NCBI GenBank assembly: GCA_963829055.1
Contig: CAWHHI010000006.1
Coordinates: forward strand, 448,001-512,000
Reading direction: 5' to 3'
Source of the DNA: an uncultured Gemmatimonadaceae bacterium
GTDB lineage: Bacteria; Gemmatimonadota; Gemmatimonadetes; Gemmatimonadales; Gemmatimonadaceae
Length of the DNA stretch: 64,000 nt
Of this stretch, positions 61,331 through 64,000 are shown in pieces. The position numbers were made by a program, and so were the translations under genes. The first letter of the stretch is position 1. Each line of letters starts with the position of its first letter. The notes below the pieces were generated by a model. It searched no databases and was not told the origin of the DNA. It worked only from the letters and a program-made list of their open reading frames with translations.

Positions 61331-64000
61331 ATGCGTGCGAGCTGCGCGCTCACCGTCGTTGTCGCCCTGGCCGTCAGCAGCCCCATGGCTGCCGTGTCGC
61401 AGCAGAACGCCCCCACCGACACCTCGAAGAAGACGGCTCCAAACACCGAGCTACCGCTCCTCCCCACGCGCCAGACCACCTTCAGCACCGACGAAGGCAC
61501 CTGGATGTCGCTCGACGTCTCGCCCGACGGACGCACGATCGTCTTCGACCTCGTGGGCGATCTGTACACGCTGCCGATAGCGGGCGGCAAAGCCACGCGT
61601 CTCACCAGTGGCATGGGGTTCGACGGTCAGCCGCGCTTCTCGCCCGACGGCAAAACAATCGTGTTCGTGAGCGACCGCAGCGGCTACGAGAATCTCTGGA
61701 TCGTAGACGTGGCCGGCGGAATGCCGCGGGCGATCACGAAGGACAAGGATGCACAGTACCTCTCGCCCGCCTGGACGCCCGACGGCAAGTACATCGTCGC
61801 GTCACGTACCAAGACGGGTATTCTCGGGCAGCGCGTACGACCTGGTGCTGGTCAACAAGGACGGAGGCACCGGGCTCGCGCTCACGGGGCCTGGCACCGG
61901 TGCCGCGCCAAGCGGGCCGCCGAACCCGCTCGTGCCGCCGCCATTCAACAACTACCTCGGTGCCGCGGTCTCCCCGGACGGACGGTACATCTACGCCAGC
62001 GTGAAGCGCGGCGGCTTCAAGTACGATCAGATGCTCACCGATCGCTGGCAGCTCGGGCGTCTACGATCGCAACACCGGCCAGACGTATCTTCGCACGAGC
62101 AGTCTCGGTGGCGGCATGCGCCCCGCGATCAGTCCCGACGGCAAGTGGCTCGCCTACGGCTCGCGTATCGATGCCGGAACCGGCCTGCGCCTCCGCGAGA
62201 TCGCCACCGGCGATGAAGTCTGGCTCGCGCGGGACATCCAGCGCGATGACTCCGAGTCGCGCTACACGCGCGACGTCCTGCCGGGTTACGCGTGGACGCC
62301 GGACTCGCGGGCCGTCGTCATCACCTACGGGGGCAAACTCTGGCGCCTGGCGCTGCCTAACGGCTCACCGTCCGCGATCCCCTTCTCAGCCGATGTCCAG
62401 ATCGACATGGGGCCGCTCGTGAAGTTCGAGTACCCGATGGACGACTCGGTTCTCACGGTCAAGCAGATTCGCAACGCGCGCCCGTCGCCCGATGGCAAGC
62501 GGCTCGTCTTCTCGGCCCTCGACAAGCTGTGGCTGATGGACCTGCCGAACGGACGTCCGCGCCGGCTCACCAGCGGCACCGCCGGCGAGCACTCGCCAGC
62601 CTGGTCGCCCGACGGGCGGTACGTCGCGTACGTCACGTGGACCGAGCAGGGGGGCGACATCTGGCGCATCGCCACGGCGACGCCTAACGCGCGGCCGGAG
62701 CGGCTCTCGCGGCAGACCGCGTTCTACGAGAACCTCAATTACGATCCCACCGGCCGGCGCATTGTCGTCATTCGCGGTCCGCGCGAGGAACGCATCGAGA
62801 AGACCGACGAGTTCTCGGGGCCGGGCGCGCAGGTGAAGGAGCTGGCCTGGCTACCGGCGGCGGCGGCGACGTCACGCAGATCGCGCCCGTCAACTTCTAC
62901 GGCCGGCCGCATTTCACGCGCGACACGATGCGCGTGTACATCTACGACCCGGTCGATGGCGTGGTCTCCATGCGCTGGGACGGCACCGACCGCCGCGCGC
63001 ACGTCAAAGTCACGGGCTACACAGATCCGCTCCAGGGTCCGACTGGCCCGGCCGGGCCCCGCGAACGAGGTGATCCTCAGCCCGGATGGCGATCAGGCGT
63101 TCGCTGACGTCGACAACAAGCTCTATCTGGTTTCCGTCCCCGTGGCCGGCGGCGCAACGCCGACGATCTCGATCTCCACTCCTGCCGCGGCGCCCGTGCC
63201 GGTCCGCAGGCTCTCACGCGTGGGCGGCGACTTCCTCGGCTGGACGAACGACGGCAAGTCCATCTACTGGTCGTTGGGTCACAGCTACTTCACGTACGAC
63301 CTCGCGACCGCCTCACGCGCGATCGCGGATTCGACGCGAAAAGCCGACAGCCTCACCCGCGCCGGCGCCAAGCCCGACACGTCGGCCGCGGCGAAGCGGC
63401 CCGCCTATGCGCCCGACGCGGCGTGACGTCTCGATCACGGTGCCGCGAGATCGACCCACCGGCGTGATCGCGCTCCGCGGCGCGCGCATCGTGACCATGA
63501 AGGGGAACGAGATCATCGAGCGCGGCGACATCGTCGTCACGAACAATCGCATCACCGCCGTCGGCGCGGCGGGAAGCGTCGCCATTCCCGCCGGCGCGCG
63601 CTCGTTCGACGTCAGCGGCACGACGATCGTACCGGGATGGGTCGACATCCACGCCCACATGTGGCCGTCGTGGGGGATCCACAAGACGCAGGTATACGAG
63701 TACCTCGCCAACCTCGCGTACGGCGTCACGACCACGCGCGATCCGCAGACGTCGAGCACCGACGTGCTGACGTACGGCGATCTCGTCGAGACGGGCGACA
63801 TGATCGGCCCACGCATTCTCACGACCGGCCCGGGCGTGTTCTGGACCGACGAGATCGCGAGCGCCGACGATGCGCGCGAGGTGCTCACGCGCTACTCGGA
63901 CTTCTATCAGACGCACACCCTCAAGCAGTACATGGCCGGCCAGCGCATGATCCGGCAGTGGATACTGATCGCCGCGAAGGAGCAGAACATCACGCCGACG
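61331..64000 (+). CDS. Secreted amidohydrolase with N-terminal PD40/TolB repeats; frameshifted, 3' partial
   Basis: TDEGTWMSLDVSPDG, repeated PxWSPDG, IVPGWVDIHAH, YGVTTTRDP. Confidence 0.9.

Noticed and set aside
385..62689. TTAGGC as a telomere-like repeat or as a Chi/KOPS site
   Set aside because: Copies are isolated rather than tandem, and there is no strand polarity within the window (about 34 vs 31).
1..64000. Widespread frameshifts suggesting mass pseudogenisation or programmed frameshifting
   Set aside because: Indels hit housekeeping-type genes (prfC, ftsH, ligase) at scattered positions with otherwise intact motifs, which is typical of long-read consensus errors.
1..64000. Numerous long overlapping or antisense ORFs in the six-frame track (e.g. 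47546-49192 -, 52930-54378 -, 34083-35570 -)
   Set aside because: These are shadow ORFs expected in ~70% GC DNA; they are Arg/Ala/Pro-rich and lack family motifs.

Overview
This is a high-GC (about 70%) bacterial chromosomal segment. The gene repertoire (several Hanks-type Ser/Thr kinases, an ADOP-type ABC permease, PD40-amidohydrolases) suggests Gemmatimonadota, which is an inference. Many genes are split by single-base indels, consistent with an unpolished long-read assembly, so the coordinates of split genes are approximate. About 50 CDS are present. They include a triple tail-collar/GNAT/DUF6916 cassette, a GcvT + 2 phytoene-dehydrogenase-like + Rieske oxygenase operon, marR-doxX, dacB-like, a multicopper oxidase, three DGPF/YciI genes, ggt, prfC, a DUF4956/SdiA-regulated/kinase-like-Omp85 operon, an ATP-dependent DNA ligase, ftsH, a P-type ATPase, nirK-like and cls. 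No rRNA, tRNA, CRISPR array, transposase or integrase was seen. The strongest unexplained signal is the non-palindromic octamer CGTTAGGC/GCCTAACG. A manual count gives about 65 copies of its GTTAGG core (about 1 per kb), on both strands and in all reading frames, where it forces rare codons. Intergenic DNA also carries two families of about 100-170 bp nested-palindrome repeats (5 copies each), several other long inverted repeats and 7-mer tandem repeats.
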